From: Pseudomonadota bacterium
GTDB lineage: Bacteria > Bdellovibrionota_B > Oligoflexia > Oligoflexales > RGVZ01
Direction of reading: 5' to 3'
DNA: 51,512 bases
Assembly (NCBI GenBank): GCA_041178085.1
Contig: JBEGVZ010000112.1
Coordinates: 1 to 51,512 of the forward strand
The notes below the pieces were generated by a model. That model did no database searches. It saw only the letters and a list, made by a program, of their open reading frames with translations, and was not told the DNA's origin. This document shows, piece after piece, positions 39,153 to 48,066 of this stretch. The position numbers and the translations under genes are program-made. Position 1 is the first letter of the stretch, and every line of letters starts with the position of its first letter.

Positions 39153-39217
39153 GGGGCCCGTGCCGCTCGCGTCAGCTCGATCTTGGGATCGGCGTGGACG
39201 GAAATGGCACAGGCCCC
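39153..39217 (-). other. 65-nt structured hairpin downstream of flgE (terminator or cis-RNA candidate)
   Basis: GGGGCCTGTGCC...GGCACGGGCCCC 12-bp stem with one G-U pair, inner CGTC/GACG and CGATC/GATCG helices, followed by TTGCTTT. Confidence 0.5.
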
Positions 39218-39278
39218 GGATTTCCCTGATTCCTCTTTACATCACCCGATCAGTTACCCGACCCGGTCAACCCGCCGA

Positions 39279-40595
39279 TTAACGCTTCAGGTTAAGGATT
39301 TCCTCAATCATCGTATCGGTCGTGGTGATCGAGCGGGAGTTCGCCTGGAACGCACGCTGGGTCAAGATCATGTTCACGAATTCTTGCGCGATATCGACGT
39401 TGGATTCCTCAAGCGTTGAGGACCATACGGTACCACGGTTGCTGGTTTGAGGCATGCCCACTTTGGGCGGACCAGACTCCAGCGATTGGAAGAAGGTATT
39501 GCGGCCACCCTTCCGCAGTCCGTCCACGTTCTCAAACGTAGCGAGGGCGACAGCACCCAGATTCCGGTTCTGGCCGTTGGTGTAAATCCCGCGGACCACA
39601 CCCGATGGGTCGATCTTGATGGCCTTGATCATTCCCGACTCATAACCATCCTGGGTGTGGTAGTGAGTGCCACTCTTCGCGGCAAGGCACGTTGAACCAC
39701 CAACCTGCTTCTTGATCTCATCCGTCGCGCGCTTGCCGAAGTCAAAGTTGATCACCTGGCCCAGAGCAGCGCCACCAACGAAATTGGCTTCGGACTTGTC
39801 GGTGGTCTGATCGGCAAGTTCACCCTTGTTGTTGAACTTGAGCTCGCCAGAGGCAACCGTGTGCAGGTCGCCCTCGGGATTTACGATTTCCTTGCCATCG
39901 GCCATGGCATACCACTTCCAGGAAGACTCTTCTCCATCCGTCACGCGCTTGAAGAACAACGACAGCTGGTGCGTGCGACCATGGCTGTCAAAAACAGCGA
40001 CGCTGGTTCCAAAATTGGACGTTGAATCTGGCTTGGTCGGGTCGAAGTCGCCTTCGATGATCTTCGAGCGGGCATCGAGGTTCAAATCCATGCGCAGGCT
40101 TTCGGTCTGGTGGGGCGCGACCGAATTTGTATTGATACGGAAATCACTGATGCGACTGGAAATCTGACCGTTAGGCAGGGCTTCGTAACCCTGGACGCGT
40201 CCACCGCCAACATCCGCCAGGTATCCTTCACGGTCGAAAATGAAGGAACCAGCGCGCGTGAACATCCGGCTTTCTGTGCTGTCTGATGCAGCCTCAGGAT
40301 TGTTCAGGATGAACATCCCGCTGCCCTGGATAGCCAGGTCTGTCAGGTTGTCGGTGGTGGTCAGGTTGCCCTGGCTGTGGATCGTGCGGACGTCCTTGAT
40401 CTTGGCACCACGACCGACTTTCTCCTGGACCCGTCCAACGGATCCATCGCTCTGCACCATGTCTTCAAATTCCGCGCGATCGCGCTTGAAGCCTTTGGAG
40501 TTCGCGTTGGCAATGTTGTTCGCTACGACACCCATGCCGTCTGACTGGCTTGAGAGTCCCGACACGCCTGTATGGAGAGTTTGTGTCAAACCCAT
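39279..40595 (-). CDS. flgE: Flagellar hook protein FlgE
   Basis: TGVSGL...VVANNIAN...GFK, DLAIQGSG, TRAGSF, VFDSHG, LEESNVDIAQEFVNMILTQRAFQANSR. Confidence 0.93.
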   Translation of the reverse strand: MGLTQTLHTGVSGLSSQSDGMGVVANNIANANSKGFKRDRAEFEDMVQSDGSVGRVQEKVGRGAKIKDVRTIHSQGNLTTTDNLTDLAIQGSGMFILNNPEAASDSTESRMFTRAGSFIFDREGYLADVGGGRVQGYEALPNGQISSRISDFRINTNSVAPHQTESLRMDLNLDARSKIIEGDFDPTKPDSTSNFGTSVAVFDSHGRTHQLSLFFKRVTDGEESSWKWYAMADGKEIVNPEGDLHTVASGELKFNNKGELADQTTDKSEANFVGGAALGQVINFDFGKRATDEIKKQVGGSTCLAAKSGTHYHTQDGYESGMIKAIKIDPSGVVRGIYTNGQNRNLGAVALATFENVDGLRKGGRNTFFQSLESGPPKVGMPQTSNRGTVWSSTLEESNVDIAQEFVNMILTQRAFQANSRSITTTDTMIEEILNLKR

Positions 40596-40702
40596 GAGAA
40601 CGCCTCCGGTTGAACTTGAAAGTGTTCGCCCAAAAGCTAACGTAACACGTCAGCGGGCCCGGAGAAGGGCTGGCGGGGATTGTTGCAGAAATGCTGCAAT
40701 CT

Positions 40703-41224
40703 TCAGGCGCGGATCTTCAATTCTGGCCTTTTTTGGGCATTTTCTGCCTGGTTCTGGGTGCCAGGCTTGCCTTGTGTGGCATCCTGCGCCTGCTGTTCCA
40801 TGAACTGCTTGAACTCCTCCGGCTGGAGGCGGGCAGAAGGAACACCGTCAGGACGCGGATTCTCGATCACATCTTTCCATGCCGTGTGCAGCGTGACGAG
40901 AAGCTTCTCGACTTGCTCCAGGCACTCGATGCGGTTGTGGATATTGCCTTCGATCAACTTGTCGATCATGAACACGTAGAGGTTTTCGAGGTCAACAGCC
41001 AGCTGACCACCAACCTTGAAATCCAGTGTCGCCATCAGTTCGCTGAGGATGGCGGTCGCCTTGCTGATGTAGCGACCTTTCTCGGCAACTTTCTTCTCGA
41101 GCATTGCGGCGTGGGCTTGCTTGACGAAGCGAATGGCTCCTTCATAGAGCATCAACAGGACTTTTTCACGGCTGGCCGTGATGACTTGTGTCTTCTGGTA
41201 ATGCTTGTAAGGATTCTGACTCAT
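40703..41224 (-). CDS. fliS: Flagellin chaperone FliS with a C-terminal extension
   Basis: NPYKHYQKTQVITASREKVLLMLYEGAI, ELMATLD, LENLY, AWKDV. Confidence 0.95.
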   Translation of the reverse strand: MSQNPYKHYQKTQVITASREKVLLMLYEGAIRFVKQAHAAMLEKKVAEKGRYISKATAILSELMATLDFKVGGQLAVDLENLYVFMIDKLIEGNIHNRIECLEQVEKLLVTLHTAWKDVIENPRPDGVPSARLQPEEFKQFMEQQAQDATQGKPGTQNQAENAQKRPELKIRA

Positions 41225-41233
41225 GGTCCGCCT

Positions 41234-42613
41234 TTAGCCTCCTGCGCCACCTCCACCCTGGGGTGCGCCACCGCCTCCGCCTCCTCCACCGCCGAACCTT
41301 GCTGCCAGGAAACTACCCTGCGACTGCAAGTTCGCCATCTGGTTTTCGAGCGCGGAGAACTTCCTCCTGATCATCTGCTCTTTCTGTTCCATCATCTTCC
41401 CGCGGCGTTCGATTTCCTTGTCTTGATTCTTGATCAAGGTCTCGAATGTCCGCTGGCGCCCTTTCACAGTGCCGCTCGTTGGATCCCGCAAAGCTTTCAA
41501 CTTCTCTGCGAGCTTCGATGCGACTCCTGCGCTGCCAGCGGTCTGGGTAAACAACCGGCTGACGCCTTCGTAGTCTTCGGTCAGGGCGGCCCGGACTTTA
41601 GTCTCGTCCAGCTGAAGTTCCGCAGTCTTGGGGTTGGTCGAGATCCCTATATCCGCAAGATTCTGGAACTTTGACCCTGAATTTGAGAAATCCTGAAGTG
41701 CGGACTGCAGCTGCCTCATCACCTGGCGAAGGGAGCCGTCTGCAGCCAACCGGCCTGCCTTCTGTGTTTCCGGGTCAAGCTGGAACTGGTCATGAACGAA
41801 CTTTGCGATGCCGTTGTACTTCTCAACGAAAGCCTGGATGCTTTCAATCGTGGCGTCCACGTCATAGCCGACTTGCAACTGAATCCTCGTCCCGGGCTCG
41901 GAGCGCTTGACGTTGAAGGTCACGCCATCAATCAGCTCATCGAGCACGTTCTTGTCACTGGTAACCGGCACATCCTCGAAAAGAACATCCAGGTTGCGCC
42001 CGACCACCTGCTCCTTGAACTCGAGAAACGTTGTGTCAGGATCGATGTTGATCCTGGACTCAAGGCCAGATTTCTCGCTTACGACCAGCAAGCGGAATGA
42101 ATCAGGGTTGTACTTTGTGTTGACCACCATGGCGCGTACGCCAGCCCCAAGGTCATTGATCTGCTGCGCCACGTCTTTCAGGGTTGCTTCGGGCTCCACT
42201 GTGATCTCCAGCGGATCGCCACCTTCCCGTTCAATTTGCATGTAACCAAAGCCGACGGGTGTCATGTCCTTGTCGGGAAAACCGAAGGCCAGCTCCTTTT
42301 CGGAACGCGCCAGGCCACGAACCTCGAATTCATAGGACCCTGGCAATGCCATCGCGGCGGCCACCCCGTCGATGATGTCCGGGTGCGATGAATCTACCTT
42401 CAGACGGTTGAAGTCACCGCGCGTCTTGAGCTTGTTCAAGGTGGCATCAAGCTCGGTCAATGCGCTCGACAGCTTGTCGTATTCCTTCTTGTCCTCGACG
42501 ATCGTTTCACGGCGCTTCTTTGCTGCCTCCACTGGCATCTTCTCGACCTGCACCAGCTGTTCGATCATCTTGGGATCGACACCGCTGGCCAACCCAGGCA
42601 TGCGAATACCCAT
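41234..42613 (-). CDS. fliD: Flagellar filament cap FliD
   Basis: GIRMPGLASGVD, IDGVTF, FVEKYN, LADIGI, KFSALE...LQSQ; SD GGAGGA; Gly-rich tail. Confidence 0.92.
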   Translation of the reverse strand: MGIRMPGLASGVDPKMIEQLVQVEKMPVEAAKKRRETIVEDKKEYDKLSSALTELDATLNKLKTRGDFNRLKVDSSHPDIIDGVAAAMALPGSYEFEVRGLARSEKELAFGFPDKDMTPVGFGYMQIEREGGDPLEITVEPEATLKDVAQQINDLGAGVRAMVVNTKYNPDSFRLLVVSEKSGLESRINIDPDTTFLEFKEQVVGRNLDVLFEDVPVTSDKNVLDELIDGVTFNVKRSEPGTRIQLQVGYDVDATIESIQAFVEKYNGIAKFVHDQFQLDPETQKAGRLAADGSLRQVMRQLQSALQDFSNSGSKFQNLADIGISTNPKTAELQLDETKVRAALTEDYEGVSRLFTQTAGSAGVASKLAEKLKALRDPTSGTVKGRQRTFETLIKNQDKEIERRGKMMEQKEQMIRRKFSALENQMANLQSQGSFLAARFGGGGGGGGGAPQGGGGAGG

Positions 42614-42701
42614 GGACAGTCCTCCTCGTGGCCTCACGCTAACGGTGTTGTGCTATCTTTGAGCAACACCGCAGTTACTGTTTCCCGAAAGGGGGCGCTT
42701 C

Positions 42702-43736
42702 ATGGCTTCGATTATAGCCGATTACGAGTTTTGTGAGCCAAAAGGCTCTGCTGAAATTGCCGCGCGGGACAAATTGCTGCAGGAGTGCCTGCGGTCCGGA
42801 CTGGCCAACCCATACCCCATCGCTGCCGAATACCCTCTTGTCCTGGACCCCGCCCGGACCAGCCACAGCCTGTGCATTGCCCGCAAGGGACAGCGCAGGG
42901 ATGCTGCAGGATTTCTGGCCCACGCAAGCCTTTTGATGCGACGCATGACCCCTGCAGCAGGTGACCCGGCACGGGCGGTGACACTGGGGCTTGTAGGCAA
43001 TGTCGCTACGTCGCTTGAAGAACGCGGCAAGGGTTGGATGCGCACCCTGATTGCCGAGGTCGAAGCGCGCGCCATCCGCCAAGGCGCTGATGCCATTGTT
43101 CTATGGAGCGACCTTGATGGTTTTTACCAAAAACTGGGTTTTGTCCCGGGCGGTAAGGAAATCCGCTTCAACATGGCGGTGCGCCGGCTTGATTGCGGTA
43201 AAGTTCCCCTGGTCTGGGTGCCTGATGGTTACGCCCAGGGCCGCCTTGCCGATGGCATCATCCGGCGCATGCTGGAATTGCGCACCACAGGTTATTCCCG
43301 TCCCCTTTACCAGATCGAACGAACCATTGGGGAATTCCGCGAGCTCCTGCGGATACCGGACCTGGCACTGTTCCTGGCCAGTCGCCATGCTGGCAACATG
43401 GCACAGCCTGATCAGCTTCCACCCGAAGCCATCGAAGCGTTTTTTATTGTCGGCAAGGGCGCCGACATGCAGGGTGTGATCCACGAATGGGGAACAAGCG
43501 ATTTGCCCGTGCTTTTGAACGCCGCTGGCGCGGTCGCAGGCAATGCAGGCCTGGCCGAATTGATGATCCTTGTCCCTTCGATTTCAGACGCGCAGCGACT
43601 CGATATGTTTGCCGGAGTGAGCGGGCCACGGGAAACACATCCGATGGCCTGGGTGAAAGTGCTGCGCCAGGAACGAAAAACCCCCGTTGAACTTGCGCTC
43701 AACGAGGGTTTCATCTGGGGTCTGGATTCGATCTGA
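42702..43736 (+). CDS. GNAT family acetyltransferase (Eis-like N-terminal GNAT plus a C-terminal domain)
   Basis: AEYP, GLVGNVAT..EERGKGWM, IVLWSDLDGFYQKLGF. Confidence 0.82.
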   Translation: MASIIADYEFCEPKGSAEIAARDKLLQECLRSGLANPYPIAAEYPLVLDPARTSHSLCIARKGQRRDAAGFLAHASLLMRRMTPAAGDPARAVTLGLVGNVATSLEERGKGWMRTLIAEVEARAIRQGADAIVLWSDLDGFYQKLGFVPGGKEIRFNMAVRRLDCGKVPLVWVPDGYAQGRLADGIIRRMLELRTTGYSRPLYQIERTIGEFRELLRIPDLALFLASRHAGNMAQPDQLPPEAIEAFFIVGKGADMQGVIHEWGTSDLPVLLNAAGAVAGNAGLAELMILVPSISDAQRLDMFAGVSGPRETHPMAWVKVLRQERKTPVELALNEGFIWGLDSI

Positions 43737-43746
43737 GCGGTGAAAA

Positions 43747-44592
43747 TCAACCGTTCTGCAGCAGGGCCAGTGCCATCTTCGGCACGCTGTTGGCCTGGGC
43801 CAGCATGGACGTGCCGGCCTGCATGAGAATATTGCGCTTCGCCATTTCAGAAGTCTCTTCGGCGATATCCACGTCCTTGATCCGTGAGCGGGCTGCCGAA
43901 AGGTTCTCGATCGAGATGCTGGTATTCTTGATGGTCGACTCAAGGCGGTTCTCGATGGCGCCCAACTGGCCGCGGACCGAGGAGACCTTTTCGATGGCAG
44001 TGTCGATGCTGGCAAGGCTCTTCTGGGCATCGAACTTCGTGCTGACCGTCAGTTCCTCAAGGCCCAGCTTGTCGACGTTGACGTCGAGCTTGAAGGCATC
44101 GAACGAAATCCGGTCCACGCCGAGGAGGTTGTCCCCGCCTGTGTTGACCTGGAAGTCCAAAGATCCACCGGTTCCGTCCAGCAAATAAGTGCCGTTGAAT
44201 TCCGTCGAATTCGCGATCCGGTCAATTTCCTCTTTGAGGGATTTGTATTCCTCGTTGAGGTAACCACGTTCGCGGGCACCGATGGTATCACTGGCCGACT
44301 GGACGCCAAGTTCCCGGAGGCGAACGAGGATATTCTGGATCTCATTGAGACCCCCCTCTGCCACCTGAATCAGCGACACACCGTCGGAAGCGTTACGCTG
44401 CGCCTGAACAAGGCCGCGTGTCTTGGCGCGTAGCTTCTCGGAGATAGCCAGGCCGGCCGCGTCATCACCGGAACGGTTGATACGGTATCCGCTGGACAAG
44501 CGCTCCAGGGACCGGTCGAGCAAAGCCCGCGTGTCCTTCAAGTGCCGCTGAGCGGTCAACGCCATTGTATTGGTCTGGATTCTAAGGCCCAT
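43747..44592 (-). CDS. fliC: Flagellin (short, 281 aa)
   Basis: MGLRIQTN, LERLSSGYRIN..GDDAAGLAISE, RGQLGAIENRL, SRIKDVDIAEE, LAQAN. Confidence 0.97.
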   Translation of the reverse strand: MGLRIQTNTMALTAQRHLKDTRALLDRSLERLSSGYRINRSGDDAAGLAISEKLRAKTRGLVQAQRNASDGVSLIQVAEGGLNEIQNILVRLRELGVQSASDTIGARERGYLNEEYKSLKEEIDRIANSTEFNGTYLLDGTGGSLDFQVNTGGDNLLGVDRISFDAFKLDVNVDKLGLEELTVSTKFDAQKSLASIDTAIEKVSSVRGQLGAIENRLESTIKNTSISIENLSAARSRIKDVDIAEETSEMAKRNILMQAGTSMLAQANSVPKMALALLQNG

Positions 44593-44601
44593 GTCGCTTT
44601 A

Positions 44602-44615
44602 CCTCGTCCTTGAGG
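44602..44615 (-). promoter_or_regulatory. Putative CsrA-binding hairpin overlapping the fliC ribosome-binding site
   Basis: Minus strand CCTC-AAGGAC-GAGG: ANGGA in a hexaloop, with the SD GAGG forming the 3' stem arm 9 nt before the ATG. Confidence 0.55.
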
Positions 44616-44671
44616 GAAAAGTGTGAGGGGATCCAAAAACAGTTATAACACGCTATTTTTCACCAAGTGAA

Positions 44672-44696
44672 CAAGGCGGCAAACATTGCCGCCTTG
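44672..44696 (-). terminator. Intrinsic terminator-like hairpin after the 44715-45314 gene
   Basis: CAAGGCGGCA / TGCCGCCTTG 10-bp stem with only a weak T-tract. Confidence 0.5.
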
Positions 44697-44714
44697 CGAA
44701 ATCAAAAGTCACGC

Positions 44715-45314
44715 TCAGTGGGCAGAATTAGCCTCGGAACGCGGGGCTGAATTGACGGGAACTGCAATAGGAGCGATCGGGCTGGCCGGCTTAAGGGACT
44801 TTTCCGCAGCGAAGTCACGCACGGGAACACGAGTCTTCGGACCGCTTAGTGGCTCGATCCATTGCGGTGTTCCAATCCCGTGAACCCCGTGATCGACCAC
44901 CCTGCGAACTCTGCTGGAGGGCTGGCCGAGCAATGCACGGAACGGAGAAGCACTGGTGGTCGCGTGATCGACTGGCTCGCTCGCATTCAACTGTTGCTGC
45001 GCATCTGCCCGGGTTTTCACGGCAGAACTTTTCCGGCTGGAACGCGTGCGAACCGTCGATTTCTGCGCTGCCACCTCACGTTTCACATCTGCGGAAACCG
45101 CCGGCGTCGTGACAGCCAGGACTGGCCGCGATGGTGGTGGCGGCAGAGATGAAGCAGGCTGCGAAGATGGCTCTGGGGTATCGACGGCGATTGCCGGATG
45201 TTCCTGGGAAATTGCAGGGTCCTCCCCGATTGCCGGCTGCGCGAGACGACGCGCCAGTGTAAGGAGAAGAAGCAGGGTCATGATGATACCGACAACAGCA
45301 ACTGGCTTGCGCAT
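44715..45314 (-). CDS. Membrane-anchored Pro/Ser/Ala-rich hypothetical protein
   Basis: SD GGAGG, ATG 45314, N-terminal hydrophobic helix, low-complexity linker. Confidence 0.65.
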   Translation of the reverse strand: MRKPVAVVGIIMTLLLLLTLARRLAQPAIGEDPAISQEHPAIAVDTPEPSSQPASSLPPPPSRPVLAVTTPAVSADVKREVAAQKSTVRTRSSRKSSAVKTRADAQQQLNASEPVDHATTSASPFRALLGQPSSRVRRVVDHGVHGIGTPQWIEPLSGPKTRVPVRDFAAEKSLKPASPIAPIAVPVNSAPRSEANSAH

Positions 45315-45362
45315 GGGCAGCCTCCAACAGCAACAACCAGATTCTAACAGTATTTTATTAAA

Positions 45363-46364
45363 ATGAAACACATTTTTAATAAAAACATTAAAAAACCGGT
45401 GCTGATTATAGCGCTGTGCAGCGGACTTCTGGCGGCTGCTTTTTTTGTAACTACCCGTCATATAAGCAAAAAATCAGATTCCAACTGTCCCCCACTGGGT
45501 CACGGCAAGGCCTCCCGGATCGTATCGACGTCGCTGGCAAGCGACGAGATCCTGACCCAGATCCTGGGTAAGGCTGGCCAACTTGACCGCCTGGTGGCGG
45601 TTTCCCGTCACGCGGATGTGGGGGCTTACAGCCATATCGTGGGACGGATTGCACCCCGGATTGCACGGGTCGGAGACAATCTGGAAGTCCTTGCTGGACT
45701 GAAGCCGGACCTGGTCATTTTTGCCAACTTCAACCGGCCGGAACTGGCGGCCGGCGTTGCGCGGATGGGGGCACACACCTGCGCCCTGGAACACTTCAAT
45801 TCCTTGCAGGAAATACGCAGCAATATCCTGGCCATTGGTGCTGCCGCCGGATTCGATTCGGAAGCCGCAGAGCTAGCGCGCACATTCGAACAGGAAATCA
45901 AATCCATCACGGACGCCACGGAACTCCTTGGCGGCACAGACTCTCTGCGCGAAAGGCGGGCGCCCAGACCGAAAGTCCTCAGCTTTGACGGATCAGGCTC
46001 AGTCATGGGCGCAAGGACCACCTTCGATGACCTGGTCAGGCTTGCGGGGGGAATTAACGCAGCCGCTGAAGCAGGCCTGTCCGGCTGGCCCCAGGTAAAT
46101 CCCGAGGCGATCGCAGGGATGGCTCCAGACGTCATCGTCCTGATTGGCAACGACGCGGAAACGACGCAAATGAAAGAACAGCTGGTGAGCCTGCCCGGCT
46201 GGCGGGATACGCCTGCCGTGCGGGGCGGCCATTTTGCCACACCCAGGACAGCCGACTTGCTTGCGCTGTCCCCTGCCGTCCTGCAAGCCGTGCCGGCGAT
46301 CCGCGCAGCCGTACTCCAGGTCCGAAACCTGGCCATGACCGTGCCGACAGGTGCAGCGCAGTGA
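45363..46364 (+). CDS. ABC transporter substrate-binding protein, cobalamin/iron-siderophore (BtuF/TroA-like) family
   Basis: RIVSTSLASDEIL, LEVLAGLKPDLV, AGGINAA, VNPEAIAGMAPDVI, TPAVRGG. Start uncertain. Confidence 0.85.
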   Translation: MKHIFNKNIKKPVLIIALCSGLLAAAFFVTTRHISKKSDSNCPPLGHGKASRIVSTSLASDEILTQILGKAGQLDRLVAVSRHADVGAYSHIVGRIAPRIARVGDNLEVLAGLKPDLVIFANFNRPELAAGVARMGAHTCALEHFNSLQEIRSNILAIGAAAGFDSEAAELARTFEQEIKSITDATELLGGTDSLRERRAPRPKVLSFDGSGSVMGARTTFDDLVRLAGGINAAAEAGLSGWPQVNPEAIAGMAPDVIVLIGNDAETTQMKEQLVSLPGWRDTPAVRGGHFATPRTADLLALSPAVLQAVPAIRAAVLQVRNLAMTVPTGAAQ

Positions 46365-47386
46365 TCCGTATCTCGCGGACAAACCAATGGCTGTTGATGA
46401 TTGGCATGGCCATGGTGCTGACCTTTCTTGCGGCTCTGCTCATCGGCGTTGACATGCAAAGCTTCCAGACCGGTTTCTCCGCGACGCGAGAGATCATCGC
46501 GACCTTTCGCCTGCCGCGAACAACCATCGCACTGACCTGCGGCGGATTGTTCGGTTGCGCAGGAGCAATCACGCAAAACCTGTTTCGCAATCCGTTGGCG
46601 TCACCCTCCATCCTGGGCATTGAAGCCTCCGGCAGCCTGTTTGTGACGATGGCCTTGTTGTCGGGACTGGGCACGATTTTTCAGCCTGCGCTTGTCACGG
46701 GCGCCGCGTTGACTGGGTGCGCTGTCGCCATGTTGGCGATCCTCAAGCTCGGTGCTGGACGGGGCAAGGAGGAAGCGCAAAACAATCGCCTCATCCTGTG
46801 CGGACTGGCGCTGACCACTGCGGCAGGATCCATCAGTTCGCTCCTCCTGTCGCTGTCGATGAGCGAACCCGGAAAGGCCGGGCCGCTGCTCCATTGGTTG
46901 CTGGGCAGCCTGGCAGGGAAACACTGGACCGACCTTGCCATTGCGGCACCACTCGGGATCGCCGGCCTCTGGCTGGCATGGACAGCAGGTCCGGCCCTGG
47001 ACGTCCTGGCATTGGGCAGGGACGTTGCCAGGACCTGCGGAATCCGTGTCCAAACCACCACGAGGCAATGTGTGATCGCAGTTTCCTTGATGGTGGCCGC
47101 ATCAATTGTGGCCGGGGGGTTACTGCCCTTTGTCGGCCTGGTTGCACCGCACATCGCGCGCACTTTCTCGTTCAAATCAAGGCAACTTTTGCCAGCCAGC
47201 TTCTGCACGGGTGCAATTCTGGTGATGGTCTCCGATGTGATCGCGCGCACAGCAGCCGGTGCACAGGAATTACAGACGGGCGTCATCACCGGCGTGATCG
47301 GCGGCCCTTTTTTCCTCTGGTGCATGTGGCACGCAGGATCCTACGCCGATGCACAAAACGAAAATTCCAGAGGTGGCGCGGCATGA
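46361..47386 (+). CDS. FecCD/BtuC family ABC permease
   Basis: RLPRT, QNLFRNPLASPSILGI, WLLGSL, LALG..VA..CG, FVGLVAPHIAR, GVITGVIGGPFF. Confidence 0.93.
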   Translation: MIRISRTNQWLLMIGMAMVLTFLAALLIGVDMQSFQTGFSATREIIATFRLPRTTIALTCGGLFGCAGAITQNLFRNPLASPSILGIEASGSLFVTMALLSGLGTIFQPALVTGAALTGCAVAMLAILKLGAGRGKEEAQNNRLILCGLALTTAAGSISSLLLSLSMSEPGKAGPLLHWLLGSLAGKHWTDLAIAAPLGIAGLWLAWTAGPALDVLALGRDVARTCGIRVQTTTRQCVIAVSLMVAASIVAGGLLPFVGLVAPHIARTFSFKSRQLLPASFCTGAILVMVSDVIARTAAGAQELQTGVITGVIGGPFFLWCMWHAGSYADAQNENSRGGAA

Positions 47387-48066
47387 GCCCTGAGCAAACT
47401 GGAAAATCCTTGCGCCATCTCTTTGCCTTTCGAAGCTGCATCAGCGCCAGCATACGGGAGATTCAGTTGCTGGACCGGGGGCCACTCCTGCGGCGGGGTT
47501 TCACCCGCGAATTCCCGCCGGGAAAGATATCGCTGGTGGTTGCACCAAACGGTTCTGGCAAATCCACACTGCTGCGCTGCATCGCAGGAATTGTTGAACC
47601 ATCGACCGGATCGATTGTTTTCCAGCTTGACGGATCAGAGATTAAATTGCCGGAAGATCCGGTAAAAAAAGCGGCCGTGATCGCCTGGCTGCCGGCGGAG
47701 GACGACTTCGCATTCCCGCAAGATCCTTTGGATTTAACGCTCGCCGGGCGATGGAGATTTCACCAGGGAAAACCTTCACAGAACGACATCGAAGCCGCTC
47801 AGGCGTGCATGATGGCCACGGGATTGCCCACCGACCTTTCCATCCCGGTGAACCAGCTGAGTTCCGGTCAAAAGCGACGCTTGAACCTGGCCCGGGTTCT
47901 TTGCCAGGACGCTGACATTTTGCTGTTGGACGAGCCGTTTCGCGGACTTGACAACACAGGTCGCGCCAAGGTTTCTGCATTGCTTGAATGGCTGGCACAG
48001 GCTGGACGGACCATCATCATTGCGGATCCACTGGAGGCAAACCCGGCGATGCAAGATTTAAGGTGA
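47383..48066 (+). CDS. ABC transporter ATP-binding protein (FecE/BtuD-like, degenerate motifs)
   Basis: APNGSGKST, LSSGQ, LLLDEP. ATGA overlap with the permease stop fixes the start at 47383. Confidence 0.85.
   Translation: MSPEQTGKSLRHLFAFRSCISASIREIQLLDRGPLLRRGFTREFPPGKISLVVAPNGSGKSTLLRCIAGIVEPSTGSIVFQLDGSEIKLPEDPVKKAAVIAWLPAEDDFAFPQDPLDLTLAGRWRFHQGKPSQNDIEAAQACMMATGLPTDLSIPVNQLSSGQKRRLNLARVLCQDADILLLDEPFRGLDNTGRAKVSALLEWLAQAGRTIIIADPLEANPAMQDLR

Noticed and set aside
42680..42725. CCC-GAAA-GGG-GGCGC hairpin resembling c-di-GMP-I riboswitch P2, and a GCCGATTA sigma28-like -10
   Set aside because: Lacks the GGCAAA and CGCAAAG motifs and P3; the GCCGATTA has no TAAA -35 and points away from fliD.
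46717..47382. Apparent N-terminal extension making a 449-aa ABC ATPase
   Set aside because: Overlaps the permease in another frame; the ATGA junction at 47383 gives the real start.
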